This document shows, piece by piece, positions 58,617 to 64,000 of a stretch of DNA of 64,000 nucleotides (position 1 is the stretch's first letter; each line of letters starts with the position of its first letter). Origin of the DNA: Eledone cirrhosa (taxonomy: Eukaryota). A model generated the notes under the pieces. The model ran no database searches. It was given only the letters and a program-made list of their open reading frames with translations, and had not been told where the DNA came from. Position numbers and translations under genes: made by a program. Where the stretch lies: the NCBI GenBank assembly GCA_964016885.1, contig OZ024740.1:170252001-170316000 (forward strand), read 5' to 3'.

Positions 58617-58690
58617 CAGATTAAAGTTTAAGCAAAGAATCGCTGCTTTCACCCTTAACGGGATCTTCTGAAACTAACAAAGTCAATCTG
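58617..58690 (-). ncRNA. Hammerhead-like motif with CAGAAGA (U4A) core
   Basis: cagattga-ctttgtt-agttt CAGAAGA t ccc gttaa ggg t GAAA gca gcgattctt tgc TT aaact ttaatctg. All three stems form. Confidence 0.6.
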
Positions 58691-59629
58691 TAAACGCAGA
58701 ACTGGATATTTCAAAAAACGTTGAAACCGGAGGAAGACAGGAAGACGATACTTTGGTTCGTGGAAACGTCCGCTGGCAAAGAACGGGAACAAACGAATAA
58801 AACGTCATTAAAAGGAGCGGTGAAAAACAATTACGCGCAAAGACAGAACCACGTTTATGGTATAAAAGAGGTCGTAGACTAATGTTCTCTTAGGTGGTGC
58901 ATAGAGACGTTCTCTGGCAATGAACGAAAAAACGAAGATAATAAGTCATATGTGGAGCGTGGAGAACAATAGTACGCAAAGACAAAACCACGTAAATGGT
59001 ATAGCAGAAGTCGTAGACTAAAATTCTAACTAGGAGACCAAATGAATCTCCGCTACAGAGTAAAGAACAAAGTAAATAAATACAATACAGAAGTAATAGA
59101 AATAAATAAATACATACACGCGTCCAAATACGTACATACACAAGCATACGTAAAACCTTACCATAGGTATACAACCACGCACATATAAATATGTGTGTGT
59201 GTGTGTGTATGCTTGTGTACAAATAAATAAATAATTATATAAACGTATATAAGTAAATAAATACGTATATAACAAGCGCACACACATACCTACATATAAA
59301 TACACGAATGTTCGGAGACGTAAGTCAACTAAAACAAGAAGTACACATATACACACACCCCCATACGTACGAACCTGCATACTCACGCAGACGCAAAACT
59401 CCCGTATACACATAGCCAAACCCTAAATACCAGAATATATAAAAATTATACGCCATAACAATCAAATATACGTACGAGAAGGTATACAACCTTCACAAAA
59501 CATACAGGTAATATATACTTACCTATGCAAATAAGTAAAGGAATAAACAAAACATATACTTAGCTCCCACATCAGGACGTAAAATATCCACGTATAGATC
59601 GTACTATCCGTTAGGGTATAACGTGGGGC

Positions 59630-60742
59630 TGTAATACAGGAAAGTTTTGTGCAATTTATGTTTTCAAGCCGAAATTGCCTCAGATTTTTTGTTTAAGATA
59701 TGGTCTGTGGCGTAGTGTATTTCCGGGGCCTCAGCGGCGCAGAGGTCACATGGTCTTTTATTTCCGTTATACGATCTAGCTTTAGCTAGGATCTCCCAGT
59801 GTAACTTATATTGGGTGTGGTTGTCTTTAGACTCCAGATATAAGCTGAAAGTGACGTCATATTCCTTCTTAGAGGGTAACGAAAAGAATGGGTATGCATG
59901 TAAAGACGCTGCTTGAAACTATTGACGGTTAACGCTATGTAGGCCCTACGGGACGTGGGTGTTACAACCTTACATTTGTAGACAATGTTACTAGAGAGGC
60001 ATTTCCCGGATAGGGGGCAATCAGCCCGATTCCTACAATTACAGTTAGTACTAACTACAGGGTTGCACGTGTTCCTACGGCTAGGTAGTTTAGCTAAATT
60101 TGAAGCTGTGATGTTATGTGCAAGGTTAGGAGTCGTAGAGTAAGAAATTTTAATAGTATTTCTATTAAAAATTTTACTATATTTATGTGTAGGGGAAAAT
60201 GCTTCGTAATAAGGGAAAGAAAGATCTTAGCTAATGGTGTGGCCACCTCCATATTATATGGTGGGTTAAACCAACAAATGCGACGGGATCTATTTCTTCT
60301 AGGTCTATTTTCGTACTCTGTATATGCTACCTTATCGACAAATCCACGTCGAGCAAGAGCTTCATTATAATAAGTGGAATGGTCGTTGAAAATGCGCTCG
60401 TTGGTGGAAAGACGGGAAAGCCTCAACGAAACGTTTCTTACCAGGTTCTTGGTTATGCTGGCGGGATGGTTAGAATGCTTACTTATGTAATTAAGCGTAT
60501 CATTCGGGTTTCTATACGGGTAATACAACCCATTCAATAAATTGAGGGTAACGTCGAGGTAATTAACGACCGAGAGATTGGCCTCAACCTGTATAGAGAG
60601 GTTGAAGCCTTTAAAGAAGGCTGTGAGTTCTTTTCTGAACCTGTCGCAAGCACGAGGTCCGCACTTATTCATGGTCAAAAGACCATCGTCACGGTACAAA
60701 CCACCGGCCGCGTTGGGGAATTCGTCCTTGATAGAGAAAAGA
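59630..60742 (-). pseudogene. PLE RT (YRDD) + thumb + CxCx5C + GIY-YIG
   Basis: GGLYRDDGL, VNYLDVTL, SNHP, WFNPPY, CNCRNRADCPLSGKC..NIVY, YIALTVNSFKQR, CDLC, LNKKSE. Confidence 0.88.
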
Positions 60743-60809
60743 ATATATTTGATATATATTTATCCTTATCGAGCCCTCTTTGGATTTTAGTCTTCAATTT
60801 TATTATTAT

Positions 60810-60925
<116 letters not shown>

Positions 60926-61491
60926 AGGAGGTGAGTTTTATTGTACGCACACATATTACATTACATAAAAACAAACTTAAACACTAACTAATTCCTCTAA
61001 ATTCATAACTCATCCATTCTACTTCTTTTCACATTATATCCTTAATAACATGAATATTTTTATTTTAATAATACATATTAATAATTTCTTTTCCTCGCAC
61101 ATATTATTAAACCCTTCAATATACAAACCTTAATTTAATATTATTCTTAATCCCTTTTTCTTTTCATCAACTTTTAATTTCAAATTCTTTTAAATTATCT
61201 ATTATCTTCCAACGGCTTTTTAACTTCTCTCTGTGAGACAATATATATTTTTTCTCAGTTGTAAAGGCTATCTCTCTCTTTCTATCACCCATCTCTCCTC
61301 CTCTCTCATCCTTCCTTCTTATACTCCTCCCACACCATTCTTTACTCTCATCTCCTCCTCTTCCTTACCTTTTCCACCCCCCTCCCCTCACTTTTTCCCA
61401 ATCTCATTCATCAATCTTAAATTATTTTTCATATGTTGATTTAAAACTTCACTATTCACAAGAGTTTTTTAAGCTTCATATCATGTATCCC

Positions 61492-61562
61492 TATTTTATC
61501 TGATGAAAACGCAGATATCATCCCATGATGATATTTGTTTTTGAAATGTGCATAATAAAATA
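61492..61562 (+). ncRNA. Type I hammerhead ribozyme at the end of a PLE 3' UTR-like segment (60926-61600)
   Basis: tattttat CTGATGA aaacgcagatatcatc-cca-tgatgatatttgttttt GAAA tgtgca TA ataaaata; perfect 8-bp stem I. Confidence 0.85.
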
Positions 61563-61635
61563 CTTGGAACTCTTTTAACCATCTTTTGATCTTACATTAT
61601 ATATATATGTATGTATATATATATATATATGTATG

Positions 61636-61700
<65 letters not shown>

Positions 61701-61784
61701 AAAGTTGAACAGAATTAACAACACAATCGGTACTGTATATGGAAGGAATATATTAGGTTAACGCTTGAAATAGCAGGAAGAGGG

Positions 61785-61820
61785 TCTTAACGTTTCGGAC
61801 GCTAGTCCTTCATCAGAAGA
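61785..61820 (-). ncRNA. Minimal type I hammerhead ribozyme
   Basis: tctt CTGATGA a ggac tagc gtcc GAAA cg TT aaga; loopless palindromic stem III. Confidence 0.82.
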
Positions 61821-62001
61821 AAGAATGAGAAGTAAGATAGATTGAAGGGACGGACGAGTTGGAATTGGAAAAAATGTCTTTAGATAAAAATAACAGGTTC
61901 ATTCATGTTGACATCTCTTGGAAAACTGTTGATGCTGGCGTTTTGAGAATGATTTATTTTTTTAGAAACGTGGATGATGGAGAGCGTCTACCTGAAATGG
62001 T

Positions 62002-62035
<34 letters not shown>

Positions 62036-62462
62036 TTGTTTGTGTGTGCGTGTGTGCGTGTGTGTGTGCGTGTGTGTGTGGTTGTGTGTGTGTGTGTGTG
62101 TGTATTTTGAAGGCACATAGCTTAGTGGTTAGATAATTGGATTCACAAACGTCAGGTTGTAAGGTCGTTTCTCGGACCGGGCGATAGATTATGTTTATTT
62201 CACTTTACGAACTGCAGATAATATCAACAATGGAACGACGAACAGAAACATTTTTTCCTTGGTCGGATCTGAGGAATTCCCCTCAACACAGTTAGGGTAT
62301 GATGCCTTGTAACTTGTCGATCTATTAAAAAAGATATGTACAGATGCATATGTATGTCTACTTATATCTATTTACACACTTATGTTTATATATGTTTGTA
62401 TGTCTGTCTATATATTTGAGTTTAAAAAGTATAGTTTTTGTGTACTCTTATGTAATAATGTA

Positions 62463-62610
62463 ATAATTGTTTCTACTTTTGGCACAAGGCCAGCAATTAT
62501 TCCAGTGTATTACTGGTACTTTATTTTATCGACCCCGTAAGGATGAAAGGCAAAGTTAACCTCGGCGGGATTTGAACTCAGACCGTAAAGGTACGTAACT
62601 CTATGCTTCA
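62463..62610 (-). mobile_element. SINE copy
   Basis: Reverse complement of the SINE consensus. Confidence 0.85.
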
Positions 62611-63039
62611 ATGTAATAATACATTTCGATCTGTGTTCAGTCCCGCAGCGCAGCAGCTTGTAACAAGTGTCTTCTACGATTAGCATTACCTTGTTAGTGA
62701 AATTTAGTAGATGCGTGTCTGTTTAAGTGTATATATGTCTGTGTCCGTGTCAATTTTTACGTTTGTGACTGTGGCTGTAGTTATGTTACGTCACCTGGTC
62801 GTTCGACATAAAAGATATCAATAAATCAAGTACCAGACTTTTATAATGTAGTCGATATGATCGGCTAAATTACTCTGGTAACAAAGTCATCTTGTGACAT
62901 AACGTATATCTATAAGATATAACCAGAAATTGAATAGTTAAACTGAAGCAAAATAAAATAAAACTCAACATTCTCTAGTAATTTAGTAAAAAATATCAGG
63001 AAATGGTTTTGTTTTAATTCAAATGTTTATATGTTTAAT

Positions 63040-63426
63040 AGTGGATTGGCAGTATCGATAGAGGGTCGGACGCCATACTTTGCAGCATAGAGTTACGGCC
63101 CTTGTCATTCTGAGTTCAAATCCCGCCGAGGATAACTTTGCTTTTCATCCTTATGGGGTCGATAAAATAAAGTACCAGTAATACACTGGGATAATTGCTG
63201 GCCTTGTACCAAAAGTAGAAACAATTATTTGGTAGAGGGTCGATTGGCAGTATCGGTAGTGGGTCGGACGCCATGCTTTGACGCATAGAGTTACGGCCCT
63301 TGCCATCTGAGATCAAATCCCGCCGAGATTAATTTTGCCTTTCATCCTTATGGGGTCGATAAAATAAAGTACCTGTAATACACTGGATAATTGCTGGCCT
63401 TGTGCCAAAAGTAGAAACAATTATTA
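63040..63426 (+). mobile_element. Head-to-tail SINE dimer
   Basis: Two full copies at 63040-63229 and ~63241-63426. Confidence 0.88.
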
Positions 63427-63939
63427 GTAGTGGGCAGGCTGTTGTGAAAAATTTCAGTAAGTGAGTAAAGGTGTTACTTTTTAATGTGCTGCAGTCAGTG
63501 CTATTTTACATTATTCAAGTATGCCTTGTTAATGTAGTTTTATGTGTTTTGTTGATTCAAATGTGTGGATGGTATCTTTACTAGTGAGCAAATCCTTTTC
63601 AAGAATGCCTTGCTAATGTGGTTTTCTATGTGACAAGATGTAAAGATTTAAAATAATATTTCTAAACGAAATGGATATTATTTGATTCCCCAAAAAAGAA
63701 TTAAACCCCAGGGTTATGCAATAAGTTCACATCAGTTAATTAACAAAACAATACAAATCCATAACCTTTTGAATATTTCAGATTTAACGTAAAAGTCTTA
63801 CTTTTGTGTTTCGTAACTGAATTATATTTTAATTAAAAATATTTTGTGTTTTAACAGAACAGAAGAATATTGAATAATATATTAGTACATCTAGGTTTTT
63901 ATTTTATTGACTCATTTATTAATTTCTTATTTTAACTTA

Positions 63940-64000
63940 TTTTATTTTATTTAGTTTTGTTTTGCAGGTTAAGATAGTGGTTTTGGATTTGTGCCTGGGC
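63940..64000 (+). other. Possible splice acceptor and exon start at 63968
   Basis: Long T-rich tract ending TTTTGCAG|G, then an open frame VKIVVLDLCLG to the window edge. Too short to identify. Confidence 0.3.

Noticed and set aside
59664-59666. In-frame TGA at a conserved Cys of the PLE endonuclease (selenocysteine?)
   Set aside because: The sister copy near 52202 has TGT, so this is most simply a point mutation.
63040-63130. tRNA genes at SINE heads
   Set aside because: A and B boxes are present, but there is no cloverleaf and each is fused to a SINE body.

Overview
Repeat-dense, AT-rich animal DNA with no confidently identifiable host coding exon. It is most likely intronic or intergenic cephalopod (Octopus-like) sequence, inferred from the SINE families and the very high (TA)n/(CA)n/(CATA)n load. 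Almost all ORFs in the supplied track are microsatellite artefacts. The real content is retroelements: RTE, R4/Dong-like and L1/Tx1 LINE fragments, tRNA-derived SINEs, a non-autonomous Helitron, a hAT MITE and many Penelope-like elements (PLEs) sitting in or beside (TA)n tracts. Two signals stand out. (1) More than 15 type I hammerhead-ribozyme (HHR) motifs occur on both strands; besides canonical CUGANGA cores there are U3:A8 covariant cores, a U4A core and a shortened CUCGA core shared by two diverged families. (2) Seven sequence-distinct PLE-type families share one asymmetric fold-back architecture: one end stops at a fixed internal point just past the ribozyme (end A), while the inverted other end runs about 55-100 bp further (end B). 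Insertion sizes range from about 45 bp to about 8.5 kb, suggesting a fixed two-primer (twin-priming-like) integration into palindromic (TA)n targets. Coordinates were read by eye and may be off by a few bases. Clade names come from recalled motifs, not from database searches.
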